Shown: positions 7,526 through 17,097, numbered from the stretch's first letter. The stretch: 32,000 bases of DNA from Candidatus Saccharimonadota bacterium (GCF_047555085.1 NZ_CP180230.1:720001-752000); one strand, 5' to 3'. Notes: generated by a model not told the origin, from the sequence alone. Program-made: numbers and translations.

Positions 7526-9103
7526 TCAATCTATGAACAGCCACAGTGCGAACACCAAGAGGCCTCCTCCGATAAGCTGCAAGGTATTGGAAGGCATCGT
7601 CTGTGCGAAAAGAAAGACAGCGGATAGAATCAGGCCTGTAATCAGTATTTCCTCGTGATCTTCGGAATGTTGCTGCACCTGAACGTTCTTCTGCTCCTGA
7701 TCTTCAAGTAGCTTGGCGATCTTTGAAGGAGCCTTGGTCAGTAATTCCTTGTTCTGGTAAAAGTCGATCATGAAAGTCTTGCCGAGTTCTTTAGGCGAGT
7801 TCTCCTTCTTCAGTATATCCTCCACTTGATCCCTGTAGTCATCTGTGAGCTGGGCCTCAGGATTTATTGTCAACAGTATTCCTTCGATAGTTACCAGTGT
7901 CTTACCTGTCAGGACAAGATTCGTCGGCAGGTATACTCCTCTCCGTGAGGCCTTTACGATCATCTTGAACAGGGTACTTGTCATGCTCTGATCTTTGACT
8001 CTTGCATTTCTCAGGGTCAGCACCAGTTCTTCGATATCCTGTTTGAAGGCGTCAGTATCTGCGTCAGGTGCAACGTGTCCAAGCTCCTTTATGACTTCGA
8101 AAGCAGAGTCGACATCTTCATTTGAGATATGGAGAAGTAGAACACCAAGCCTTTCACGCGTGGATTTAGTAAGTTTTCCGACCATGCCGAAGTCGATAAG
8201 TATTATGCTTCCATCTTCACCTATGAAGAAGTTAGATGGATGAGGATCAGCATGGAAGAATCCATCACGAATCACCTGATTCAGGCCCATCTTTATTCCA
8301 CGTCGTGTAAGCTCAGCAGTATCAATATTTAGATCTTCCAGTGCCTCAGTATCAGTACATTTTACACCTCCAACTTCTTCCATAACCAGAACTTTCTCTG
8401 TTGTATACTGACTGTAAACTTCCGGTATCTTAACCCTGTCATTGTCAGACATGTTCTGACGTATTATATCTGCGTTCCGTCCCTCCTGCTGGAGATCCAT
8501 CTCTTCCCGTATCCATTTATCGAACTCTTTGACCAGGTCAACAAGCTGCATGCCGCTTAAACGACTGGAAACATTTTCCGCCCGCTTGGCCAGGAACTCA
8601 ATGATATCCAGGTCCCTGTGGACTTTCTCCTTTATGCCAGGCCTCCGGACCTTCACCACGACATCCTCTCCATCCGGAAGTGTCGCAGAGTGGACCTGGG
8701 CGATCGAGGCAGCGGCCATCGGCTCTTCATCAAATTCATCAAAGTTATCATCCAAGGGACCGATCTCCTCTTCAACTATATCCACGGCCTCTTCAGAGTC
8801 GAAAGGAGATACAGAATCTTCAAGGCCTTCAAGCTCCTCGATATATCTGCGCGGAACAATGTCCGGCCTCTGCGCCATTATCTGCCCAAGCTTCACGAAA
8901 GTAGGTCCAAGCTCCTCAAATGTTTCACGCAGCCTCTCCGGCTTCGGCTTCTTCTGCCTGTCTGAAGTAAATCTCTTCGTGAAAGGTAGACGATGCGTTA
9001 AATCAAGTTTGTCGAGAACTATACCAAGCTCCTGATCGGCCATTATATGGATTATCTCATCCAGTCTCTTGATATCGCTGACTTCGTTCTCGACTCTGCC
9101 CAT
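7526..9103 (-). CDS. ABC1/UbiB (AarF) atypical kinase family protein with C-terminal TM helices
   Basis: 525 aa: 'LGPTFVKLGQIMAQRPDIVP..YI.EL..L.D.V.PF', 'AAASIAQVH.A.L.DGE.VVVKV.RPGI', 'HADPHP.N'. The C-terminus is hydrophobic. Confidence 0.85.
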   Translation of the reverse strand: MGRVENEVSDIKRLDEIIHIMADQELGIVLDKLDLTHRLPFTKRFTSDRQKKPKPERLRETFEELGPTFVKLGQIMAQRPDIVPRRYIEELEGLEDSVSPFDSEEAVDIVEEEIGPLDDNFDEFDEEPMAAASIAQVHSATLPDGEDVVVKVRRPGIKEKVHRDLDIIEFLAKRAENVSSRLSGMQLVDLVKEFDKWIREEMDLQQEGRNADIIRQNMSDNDRVKIPEVYSQYTTEKVLVMEEVGGVKCTDTEALEDLNIDTAELTRRGIKMGLNQVIRDGFFHADPHPSNFFIGEDGSIILIDFGMVGKLTKSTRERLGVLLLHISNEDVDSAFEVIKELGHVAPDADTDAFKQDIEELVLTLRNARVKDQSMTSTLFKMIVKASRRGVYLPTNLVLTGKTLVTIEGILLTINPEAQLTDDYRDQVEDILKKENSPKELGKTFMIDFYQNKELLTKAPSKIAKLLEDQEQKNVQVQQHSEDHEEILITGLILSAVFLFAQTMPSNTLQLIGGGLLVFALWLFID

Positions 9104-9126
9104 ACAAAGTAGTTTTCACAGACTTC

Positions 9127-9135
9127 TAATTAAAA
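9127..9135 (-). promoter_or_regulatory. TATA-box-like element upstream of the ABC1 kinase gene
   Basis: Minus-strand TTTTAATTA lies 23 nt before the ATG at 9103. Confidence 0.45.
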
Positions 9136-9328
9136 GCACTGTCCGCCTGTAAAAGCCCTAGAAAAATATGATAAAAAATTTGTACAGAGGCCTCTAGTCG
9201 GTAAAGTGTGCGTTGCTGGGTATACCAGCGGTTGCTTCTAGTTCTTCTCTAGAATTGGAAGATGAACTTTTCTCTGTGGAAAATCTTTTTGGAGGCCTTT
9301 ATGGAGTTTGAGGTTCTGCAGAAATATT

Positions 9329-9739
9329 TTATTCTACAGTTACTTCCTCTACTCCATGTGTTCTCTGCAGGATTTCACGGATAGATTCAATCTTCTGTCC
9401 GTTCTTTCCTACTACGCGTCCTTTGTTATCTCTAGGTACGTCGATTGTTACCTTGTCGTCTTCGATATCTACCCCTCTGATATCTGCAGGTACAAGGTTG
9501 TTGATAAATGCACCTAGATTGTCGTTGTACTCGTAGATCTTGATGTCTCTTCCAAGTTTTTCCTGTACTTTCTGAACTACTTTTCCTCCCTTCCCGATAG
9601 CCATTCCGGCCTTTCCTTCAGGTACTACAAAGTAAGCTTCATCTTCCTTGATGATCGCATCTCTAACCTCTACGTCTGTAATGGATTCGAAGAGGTTGAT
9701 GTTTCTGATCATTTCAGTGTCGTAAGTCGCTGTTGCCAT
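9329..9739 (-). CDS. nusA: Archaeal NusA-like transcription termination/antitermination factor (two KH domains)
   Basis: 136 aa with the KH signatures 'AIGKGGKVVQKVQEKLGR' and 'VVGKNGQKIESIREILQR'. It occupies the conserved position after rpoA''. Confidence 0.85.
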   Translation of the reverse strand: MATATYDTEMIRNINLFESITDVEVRDAIIKEDEAYFVVPEGKAGMAIGKGGKVVQKVQEKLGRDIKIYEYNDNLGAFINNLVPADIRGVDIEDDKVTIDVPRDNKGRVVGKNGQKIESIREILQRTHGVEEVTVE

Positions 9740-9833
9740 AAGATATTAACCCTAAAAACGTGTTTCCGTGTAATTCAATGAGAGTGGTTACCTTTATATA
9801 TGAATCGATGGAGAAGTATTTTTTCGCCCCGGT

Positions 9834-10952
9834 TTACTCATCATCACCGGGTGCGAATTTAGGTTTTAAGTCGATCATACCGGTACCGTTAGGCATCGGC
9901 TGACCTACGAGAATGTTCTCAATAACTCCATCAAGTTCGTCGTTTTCTCCTCTTAGAGAGCCTTCACGCAGGTGCTTCTTCGTCTCCTCGAAGACTGAAC
10001 GTGCAAGCAGGGATTCCTTGTTGCCCATGATACCGTAACGTGTTGTACCGTTGAGTTCTCCCTCCTTTGTCATCATGTCTGCTAGAAGCATGATGTGGCG
10101 ATCGTCAACTCCGATTCCCTGGGCCTCCAGAGTCTCGTTAACTTCATCGACGATTGTCTGTCTCAGGGCCTCTACTCCGAGAACTGAAAGAATCTCAAAG
10201 AGATCGTTACTCTTTGTACGCGTCTCATCAACTTCTTCAATTTTCAGAGTCTTTCTTAGAGAAGATCCTGCTGTCTGAAGACGCCATTCTCCGTCGTCTT
10301 CATTAACAACTACCTGTTCAATACCTTTCAGGCCTTTGATACGGGCATCTTCGGTCTTGTTCTTAATCTTCTTCAGATCTCTAAGATCATAGTCGTCCTG
10401 TGAAGACTCTACAATGATATTATTGCCTTCAACAGATACCTTGGACTTTCTGACGGATTCCTCAACTCTGGCCTTGACGTCCGAAGTATCAATGTCATAA
10501 TCATCAAGCAGATCTTCATTGAGCTTGTACTCTACCTGAAGCTGCATGATGTCGATCGTATCCTGTGTGATAAGATCCTCGAAGACTACCTGCCGTAGCT
10601 TACGTGCTACTTCCAGCGCATCCTCCTTCGAATTATAATCCTCGTGAAGGTAGACATCCATAGCCGGAGTCTTAGGATTTCTCCGTGCGTCGACGATCTC
10701 GATCAATCTTGGAAGTCCTGCTGTCAAGGATACCTGTGCTCCTCCTGCCTGGTGATATGTCTCCATAGTAAGCTGTGTGGCAGGCTCCGAAAGAGACTGA
10801 GCGGCTACTACACCGATTGATTCTCCTGGCTCGTACTGCATCTGCTCGTAGCGCTCCTTTAGTTTTTCCTTTTCTTCCTGTGACAGGCCTCTCCCCTGAT
10901 ACTTCTGTGGGAGTTCCTGTGCACGATCCTTCCAGTCAAAGTCTTGTGTCAT
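9834..10952 (-). CDS. rpoA2: DNA-directed RNA polymerase subunit A''
   Basis: Conserved 'EPGESIGVVAAQSLSEPATQLTMETYH.AG' and 'G.TRYGIMG.K.S.LAR..FE.T'. I prefer the ATG at 10952, which has GAGGTGA 8 nt upstream. The ORF-track start at 10964 is a GTG inside that SD. Confidence 0.93.
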   Translation of the reverse strand: MTQDFDWKDRAQELPQKYQGRGLSQEEKEKLKERYEQMQYEPGESIGVVAAQSLSEPATQLTMETYHQAGGAQVSLTAGLPRLIEIVDARRNPKTPAMDVYLHEDYNSKEDALEVARKLRQVVFEDLITQDTIDIMQLQVEYKLNEDLLDDYDIDTSDVKARVEESVRKSKVSVEGNNIIVESSQDDYDLRDLKKIKNKTEDARIKGLKGIEQVVVNEDDGEWRLQTAGSSLRKTLKIEEVDETRTKSNDLFEILSVLGVEALRQTIVDEVNETLEAQGIGVDDRHIMLLADMMTKEGELNGTTRYGIMGNKESLLARSVFEETKKHLREGSLRGENDELDGVIENILVGQPMPNGTGMIDLKPKFAPGDDE

Positions 10953-10966
10953 TTTTCTGTTCACCT

Positions 10967-13441
10967 CTAATCAAGATTGATGGATGTTGAAAGCTGTCCT
11001 CTATCGGATTTTTGCGGATCAACTCCATCCTCTCCAGCTCTGAACTGGATGATATCGCCCTGAGCATTCCTTACTGTCTGATCATACTCGACACGCAAGT
11101 CCTGCAAGGCGTTTGCAACTCTTCTGTACATGTATCCGGATGTCTTCGTCCTGAGTGACTTGTCCATCAGTGCCTTTCTCTGGCTCATCTGGTGGAAAAA
11201 CATCTCCTGTGGATCAAGGCCTTCAAGAATACTTGAGGAAACAAATCCTCTTGATTCAGGCGTCATTTCGCCTTTCTTGAAGTGAGACAGTGTTCTGTCC
11301 TGATAACCTCTTTCAATCCTCTGATTTCTTACAGAGTTCTGTCCAAGGAGGCCTGCCATCGTTGTAACGTTCTGCATGCTTCCTCTTGCACCGGAGTCTG
11401 CCATGACGTAAGCTGAAGATTCTTCGCTGAAGTTGTCGGAGACAAGATCTCCAATATCAGCGAATACCTCGTTCAGTGTCTTGGTGATCTTGATTTCCCG
11501 TGTCTGCTCAAGAGTCTTACCTGTAATTGCCTCCATCTCACCGTCTTCGTACTGCTGAAGAAGTTCTTCAGCATCTTCGATGGTGTCGCTGATCATGTCC
11601 TTGATCTGTTCAGTTGCCTCATCAGGCACCTCTAGATCTTCAAGGCCTATGCTGAATCCGCGCTGTGTCAGGAAGATTGCTCCGACACGTGAAACACGGT
11701 TCAGGAACTCTGTAACTTTATCAGCACCGTACTCGATTGAAAGCTGCTGGATGATCTCTCCACCGTAGTCTCCAAGAGCATCCTCATCGAGAACTCCCTC
11801 GATAAGTTCTCCCTCTTCGATAACTACCTCATTATCTTCTCCTTCGTTAATTGTCAGAGAGATATCATCCGGTATAAACATTGAGACAAGCTCTCTACCG
11901 GAAATCTCTTCCTTCTCAGGAAGATCTGCCTCGTACTCACCAGCCTCTGCAAGAAGATTGAAGGCCTTCTCACGTGAGACAGTTCTGTCAGGCTGTGTCA
12001 ATAGGTAAAGGCCTGAAACATAGTCCTGAAGCATACCGACAATCGGGCCTCCCATCTTCGGAGACTTGATGTGCTCCTGGACTTTCATCAGTTCCTCTGC
12101 CTCTGCACGGGCCTCTTCTGTCTGCGGTACGTGCAGGTTCATCTCGTCCCCGTCGAAGTCTGCGTTGTACGGTGCACATACGTTCAGATTCAATCTGAAA
12201 GTCCTGTATGGCAGTACACGGACTTCGTGTGCCATGATAGACATACGGTGGAGGGACGGCTGCCTGTTGAACAGGACAGTATCTCCATCTCCAAGATGTC
12301 TTTCAACTTTCCAGCCTTCATCCGGCTGGATTTCTTCAAGTATATCCTCCTGATTTTCTTCTGTTATTCTTTTTCTCTTCCCACTTGGTGGGTAAACATA
12401 GTTAGCACCCGGATGTGTATCAGGGCCGTTTTCGATCCTCTCTTTCATCTCCTCGAAGTTCCTATCGTTCACTTCTTCAGGGATTGTAAGCTTCTTTGCA
12501 ACCACGTGTGGAACTCCTACTTCGTTGATCCCGATGTTAGGATCAGGGGATATAACTGTACGGGCCGAAAAGTTCACACGTTTTCCGATAAGGTTCTGCC
12601 TGAAACGGCCTTCCTTACCCTGTACACGCTCGATAAGAGACTTGAGTGAACGGCCGGATCTGTGTCTTGCCGGCGGAACATTACTCATGTCGTTGTAGAA
12701 CAGTGTTGCGACGTGGTACTGCAGTAGCTCGTGTAGATCGTCGATAATGAACTCAGGGGCCTCGATTTCAATATTGTTCTGGAGGCGCTTGTTGATCCTG
12801 ATTACATCGACGAGCTTGTGAGTGATATCGTCCTCTGATCTCTCTCCTGTTTCAAGAGTGATCGAAGGCCTCATCGTTACCGGAGGAACCAGAAGCTTCT
12901 CGATAATCAAGTCTTCAGGCCTCCCTCCTTCTACTCCAAGCTTTGCTGCCATTTCATCCGGAATCTTCTTAAACCGTTCCTGGATCTCTCCTGGAGTGAT
13001 TTTTTCGCCGTCTTCGTAGTAAGTATAAGGTTTCTCGAAGTCGACATCGGAGATTTCCTCTCCGGTCTCCGGATCCTCCTTCATCATGTTGGACTTTCTC
13101 AACGGTTTATCTTCATTCTTCAGTAGAAGTGAGACTGATCCGTCGTCGTGGACATTGGTGAATCTGAGAAGGTTCCTGACTTTCTTGGCGTAGAGTGAGT
13201 GAACTACAGGCCTTGAAAGAGTGATCTTTCCGAAGTGGCCCTGACATTCACGCATCTGGCCTCCACAAGTCTGGCAGGTCATCCCTGGATCGATTACTCC
13301 AAGTGCAGGATCCATGACACCTCCCTCTACAGGGTATCCGTCTGCGTCGTAGACCTCTGCCTTGTTGATCTCTTTTACAGCATTTTCTTCGACGTCTCTT
13401 GTACTCATGATTCCGAAGTCCAGTTCAGTAATGCTCTTCAT
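10967..13441 (-). CDS. rpoA1: DNA-directed RNA polymerase subunit A'
   Basis: 824 aa with zinc motif 'CQTCGGQMRECQGHFG', catalytic 'YNADFDGDEMNLH' and 'RQPSLHRMS'. GGTGATCC ends 5 nt upstream of the ATG and overlaps the rpoB' stop. Confidence 0.95.
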   Translation of the reverse strand: MKSITELDFGIMSTRDVEENAVKEINKAEVYDADGYPVEGGVMDPALGVIDPGMTCQTCGGQMRECQGHFGKITLSRPVVHSLYAKKVRNLLRFTNVHDDGSVSLLLKNEDKPLRKSNMMKEDPETGEEISDVDFEKPYTYYEDGEKITPGEIQERFKKIPDEMAAKLGVEGGRPEDLIIEKLLVPPVTMRPSITLETGERSEDDITHKLVDVIRINKRLQNNIEIEAPEFIIDDLHELLQYHVATLFYNDMSNVPPARHRSGRSLKSLIERVQGKEGRFRQNLIGKRVNFSARTVISPDPNIGINEVGVPHVVAKKLTIPEEVNDRNFEEMKERIENGPDTHPGANYVYPPSGKRKRITEENQEDILEEIQPDEGWKVERHLGDGDTVLFNRQPSLHRMSIMAHEVRVLPYRTFRLNLNVCAPYNADFDGDEMNLHVPQTEEARAEAEELMKVQEHIKSPKMGGPIVGMLQDYVSGLYLLTQPDRTVSREKAFNLLAEAGEYEADLPEKEEISGRELVSMFIPDDISLTINEGEDNEVVIEEGELIEGVLDEDALGDYGGEIIQQLSIEYGADKVTEFLNRVSRVGAIFLTQRGFSIGLEDLEVPDEATEQIKDMISDTIEDAEELLQQYEDGEMEAITGKTLEQTREIKITKTLNEVFADIGDLVSDNFSEESSAYVMADSGARGSMQNVTTMAGLLGQNSVRNQRIERGYQDRTLSHFKKGEMTPESRGFVSSSILEGLDPQEMFFHQMSQRKALMDKSLRTKTSGYMYRRVANALQDLRVEYDQTVRNAQGDIIQFRAGEDGVDPQKSDRGQLSTSINLD

Positions 13442-13451
13442 TGTGGATCAC

Positions 13452-15248
13452 CTATTCCTCCTCTACCTCGATGTCAGTATCTATCATCAGTGATTTTAAC
13501 TCATCGAGTAGAAGCAGCATAGCGTGAGGGATTTCTGTCTCCTCGAACTCTCCGTCTTCACCGTTCTGCTTCACGACTTTGTTCTGTTCACGGTCAAGGT
13601 AACCTCTGTCACCCGACTCCGTGTCGACGTGGATCTCGCTGGCGTCAGCTCCGAACCGCTCCTTCAGAAGCAGTGAAGCTCCGTGTCCAACGAAAACGTC
13701 CTTTTCCATCTCTCCCAGCCGGAGGCCTCCCTCCTGACTGCGTCCTTCTGTAGGCTGCTTTGTAAGCAGTGTGACAGGTCCACGGCTTCTTGCGTGCACC
13801 TTGTCCCCGACCATGTGACTCAACTTGAGGTAGAAACCAGGCCCGATCATAATCTCGGCCTCCATCTCCTCACCGGTTACACCGTTGTACATGGTCTCTT
13901 TACCGGATGACTCGAATCCAAGCTCCTCAAGCTGATCTCTGAGCTTGTCCTTGTCCTCTCCGTGATAAGCTGTGGCATCGACTTTCTCTCCACGGAGAGC
14001 TCCAACTTTTCCTCCAATTAACTCGATTATCTGCGCCACGGTCATACGGCTTGGGATAGCGTGCGTGGAAAGAATCATGTCAGGAGTAATACCCTGTTTC
14101 GTGAAAGGCATGTTCTCCTCAGGAGCGATCATTCCGATAACTCCTTTCTGTCCGTGTCTTGTCGCAAACTTGTCTCCAAGCTCAGGGATACGGTACTCAC
14201 GCATCTTTGCCTTGATCAGCTTGTCACCGTCACCGGTCTCGGAAAGCATAACCTTGTCAATAACTCCCTGCTCTCCGTGCCTTACTGTGAGACTTGTCTC
14301 TCTCCTCTCTGCAAGCCCCATCTTCATCTCTTCGCCGCCTCCTCCAAGGAACTTCGGAGGAGAAGTCTTACCTACAATCACATCATCGGAATCTACCTGT
14401 GTCTCAGGATTAACGATTCCATCATCATCAAGATGCTCATAGGCCTCTTCACGCCTGTATCCACGGACATCCTTATCCGGAATAGAAATTCTATCCTTCT
14501 GACCTCCGTAGAAACGCTTGGCCTCTGTCTTGTAAGTCCTCATATAAGTTGAACGTCCCAGGCCTCTCTCGATAGAGGCCTTGTTCATGATTACTGCGTC
14601 CTCGATGTTGTATCCATCGAAGGATGCAAGAGCAATCATCATGTTCTGGCCGATCGGATGCTCTCCGACAAGAGTATCGTATGTGTTTGTCTCTACTATC
14701 GGCTGCTGAGAGTAAGTCAGCACGTTAGATCTTGTATCAAATCTCTGATGGAACTCGCTTGTAGGCATTCCAAGTCCCTGTCCTGCCATCTTTGCACCGA
14801 AGTTCACACGGTCTCCACGATTGTGTTCAGGATAGACTGTCAGAGAAGCTGATACACCGTGGATAATCTCGGAGTCGATCTCCATGTGAGTATGCTCGCC
14901 AGTAACTTCCTCTTCATTCATAGCTACGTAGGCATTCTCTTCCTCTTCAGCATCGATGTACTCGATGATTCCTTCATCTTCAAGATCTTCAAGACTTATT
15001 TCTCCTTCCTGAAGCTGCTCTCTCTGCTCATCTGTAAGAAGAGGTTCACCGTCTTCAACGATGACTACAGGCCTCATGACTCTTCCAGAGTCTGTATTGA
15101 TCCTGATCTCATCACGGTTCTCGTTGTAGTATACCGATACTTCCTGATCAAGCTCTCCTTCACGCCTCTTTTCAATCAGATTCTCACGGATCTCCTCAGG
15201 AGAATCAACATCGTCAACTATCTGACCGTCAAGGAATACGTCAGTAAT
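13452..15248 (-). CDS. rpoB1: DNA-directed RNA polymerase subunit B' (C-terminal half of split RpoB); start codon unresolved
   Basis: Conserved 'RHGQKG', 'GEMEKD' and 'PSRMT.AQ'. The first ATG is at 15077. The frame stays open and RpoB-like for 59 more codons ('TDVFLDGQIVDDVDSPEEIRENLIEKRREGEL..INTDSGRV'), up to the TGA at 15255-57. That stretch contains no ATG, GTG or TTG. I placed the 5' end at the ATT at 15246-48, which has GGTGAT 5 nt upstream. Confidence 0.85.
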   Translation of the reverse strand: MTDVFLDGQIVDDVDSPEEIRENLIEKRREGELDQEVSVYYNENRDEIRINTDSGRVMRPVVIVEDGEPLLTDEQREQLQEGEISLEDLEDEGIIEYIDAEEEENAYVAMNEEEVTGEHTHMEIDSEIIHGVSASLTVYPEHNRGDRVNFGAKMAGQGLGMPTSEFHQRFDTRSNVLTYSQQPIVETNTYDTLVGEHPIGQNMMIALASFDGYNIEDAVIMNKASIERGLGRSTYMRTYKTEAKRFYGGQKDRISIPDKDVRGYRREEAYEHLDDDGIVNPETQVDSDDVIVGKTSPPKFLGGGGEEMKMGLAERRETSLTVRHGEQGVIDKVMLSETGDGDKLIKAKMREYRIPELGDKFATRHGQKGVIGMIAPEENMPFTKQGITPDMILSTHAIPSRMTVAQIIELIGGKVGALRGEKVDATAYHGEDKDKLRDQLEELGFESSGKETMYNGVTGEEMEAEIMIGPGFYLKLSHMVGDKVHARSRGPVTLLTKQPTEGRSQEGGLRLGEMEKDVFVGHGASLLLKERFGADASEIHVDTESGDRGYLDREQNKVVKQNGEDGEFEETEIPHAMLLLLDELKSLMIDTDIEVEEE

Positions 15249-15253
15249 AAGCC

Positions 15254-15260
15254 ATCACCT
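15254..15260 (-). promoter_or_regulatory. Shine-Dalgarno-like AGGTGAT in front of the rpoB' conserved region
   Basis: The GGTGAT-N5 spacing to the ATT at 15246-48 is the same as the GGTGAT-N5-ATG spacing of rpoA' (13447-52 to 13441). The in-frame TGA (15255-57) lies inside this motif. Confidence 0.5.
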
Positions 15261-15326
15261 TTGAAGTTTTTGTACAGTTTCCAAACGTTTCAAGTCCATC
15301 AACTTTTCTCATTATCATTTTCTGAA

Positions 15327-16784
15327 TCACCTTGCATCGATCCCCGAGTCATGAAGCTTTGCCTTCAGGGAATTCTTCTCCATATCAGTCATTCCTGTGG
15401 AAACATCTGCTGTCATCGCCAGATGAGTTCTCAATCCGATGTTCATACCTTCAGGAGTCTTGATAGGACAGACACGGCCCCACTGCGTAGGATGAAGATC
15501 TCGGGCCTCAAAGTGCTGTCTGTCGCTGGACAGTGGAGAAACAATATTTCTCAAGTGGGCAAGAGTCTTGATACGATTGTTGCGCTCAAGTCTCTGACAG
15601 ATACCTGTTCTTCCACCGACCCAGTTACCTGTAGCCATAGCTCCCATGATCTGTGAAGTCAGCTTGTCTGAAACGATTGTTGACTGAAGGCTTGGAAGAC
15701 GGCCTCTTTTAGCAGATTTCTGGAAGTTATACTTCATACGGGCAACAAGCCCCCACTTACCGAGGAACACTGATCTGAACTGCATCTCAAGCAGCTCTCC
15801 AGCCAGATTCATCCTCTTGTTGGCGTAGTGATCGATATCGTCTTCATTGATATCGCCCTTGCCAAGTGCAATAGTATTTCTTATCATCTTTGTCAGGAAC
15901 TGAGCCTTCTCCTCTCTGGAATCCTCATCCTGTCCAAGATGTGGCAGAAGGTACTCATCCAGAATATTCTGGACACGATCCTCGACATCGTTCGTGATAC
16001 CGGCCCTGTTCGCAATATACTCGAAGGCCTCTGACTGATCAGAAGCATCAACTTCATACAGGTTCAGGTAGACATCGGAGGCATAATCCTCGCCAATCGC
16101 CTCAACGATCTCTTTATCAGTTTCATATCCAAGAGCTCTTACAAGAGCTACTGCCGGAGTCTTCTTCACATTCGCAAAGCTGATATTTACAATATCCTTA
16201 TCTCTTCTGAGAATATGCCTCTGAACGTATCCCTGATTCTCGGAGTTGATACGGCACTTCTCCTCATCGCCATCCTCCTGGAAGACAGGCTTGTTGTTCG
16301 CCAGCTCCTCCATAGCGATCAAAGTCTTTTCAGAGCCGTTAACAATGAAGTATCCACCAGGATCCTCAGGATCTTCACCGGCCTCTCTTAGCTCTTCTTC
16401 ATCCATGTCAGAAGTCCAGCACAGATCGGAGCCGATCATGACAGGGATCTCTCCGATAGTAACTTCCTCGGATTCCTGCTGAATTCCCTCGAAGATAGGA
16501 GTAAGTTCAACTCTAATCTCTGAAGAATAAGTAAGATCTCTCATACGGGCCTCACGAGGCATAATCTCTCGCACAGAACCGTCAGCTTCGTTGATCTTCG
16601 GCTTCTTGATATCAACATCAACAATCTTGATAACAAGATCCTCACCTTCAGGAAGCTCAGGCTCTATAGACTCAACTTCATTAAGTATAGCCTGAATCCT
16701 GTCCTCAACGAAACGGTTGTATGATTCAATCTGGTGTTTTACAAGGTTACGATCAATTAGCTGCTCCAGGAACTCTTCTTGCAT
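15327..16784 (-). CDS. rpoB2: DNA-directed RNA polymerase subunit B'' (N-terminal half of split RpoB)
   Basis: RpoB N-terminal motifs 'HQIESYN.FV', 'FIVNGSEK' and 'P.KTPEG.N.GL'. I prefer the ATG at 16784 (MQEEF..), which has GAGGTAAT upstream. The ORF-track start at 16805 is a TTG overlapping rpoH. Confidence 0.93.
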   Translation of the reverse strand: MQEEFLEQLIDRNLVKHQIESYNRFVEDRIQAILNEVESIEPELPEGEDLVIKIVDVDIKKPKINEADGSVREIMPREARMRDLTYSSEIRVELTPIFEGIQQESEEVTIGEIPVMIGSDLCWTSDMDEEELREAGEDPEDPGGYFIVNGSEKTLIAMEELANNKPVFQEDGDEEKCRINSENQGYVQRHILRRDKDIVNISFANVKKTPAVALVRALGYETDKEIVEAIGEDYASDVYLNLYEVDASDQSEAFEYIANRAGITNDVEDRVQNILDEYLLPHLGQDEDSREEKAQFLTKMIRNTIALGKGDINEDDIDHYANKRMNLAGELLEMQFRSVFLGKWGLVARMKYNFQKSAKRGRLPSLQSTIVSDKLTSQIMGAMATGNWVGGRTGICQRLERNNRIKTLAHLRNIVSPLSSDRQHFEARDLHPTQWGRVCPIKTPEGMNIGLRTHLAMTADVSTGMTDMEKNSLKAKLHDSGIDAR

Positions 16785-16797
16785 TATTAAATTACCT

Positions 16798-17031
16798 CTA
16801 TTCAACCACTCTTCTGTAGTAAGTTGTTTCGCCTGCTGTAGGGCTTGAACGCGTTATCTCAAAGACATCACCGACCTCGAAATCCTTCTGCTTCAAAGCA
16901 GAATCATTACTTTTTATACGAGGAAGATTCTTCTTCTCAATATCAAATTTTTCAAGAAGATCCTCAACTTCCTCTTCAGACATTTTACGGTGTTCTGGAA
17001 CGAGCCGGTGGTCACGTACATCCATAGCCAT
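16798..17031 (-). CDS. rpoH: DNA-directed RNA polymerase subunit H (Rpb5-like)
   Basis: 'HRLVPEHRKMSEEEVE.LL.KF.I....LPRI...D.A' and 'GDVFEITR.SPTAGE..YYR.VV'. I prefer the ATG at 17031, which has GGAGTGAT upstream. The ORF-track start at 17043 is a GTG inside the SD. Confidence 0.9.
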   Translation of the reverse strand: MAMDVRDHRLVPEHRKMSEEEVEDLLEKFDIEKKNLPRIKSNDSALKQKDFEVGDVFEITRSSPTAGETTYYRRVVE

Positions 17032-17097
17032 TGGTGATATCACTCCTTGAGCAGGCAGAAAAGTTTGCTCTCAGACATATACATCAAGAGTAACAAA

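Noticed and set aside
15255-15257. The in-frame TGA before rpoB' as selenocysteine, or genome-wide UGA recoding.
   Set aside because: TGA clearly terminates other genes here (A1, rps12, rpoB'', gene D). The TGA is part of an AGGTGAT Shine-Dalgarno, just like the rps12 stop in front of rps7. I saw no SECIS-like element. AUU initiation or a sequence error is simpler.
14859-15656. 265-aa plus-strand ORF, and similar long plus-strand ORFs at 8529..9035, 12071..12649, 13972..14442, 26855..27454 and 5577..5939.
   Set aside because: All lie antisense to strongly conserved minus-strand genes (rpoB, ABC1 kinase, rpoA', the GTPase). Their translations are low-complexity and Ser/Leu/Cys-rich, with no motifs. 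These are shadow ORFs.
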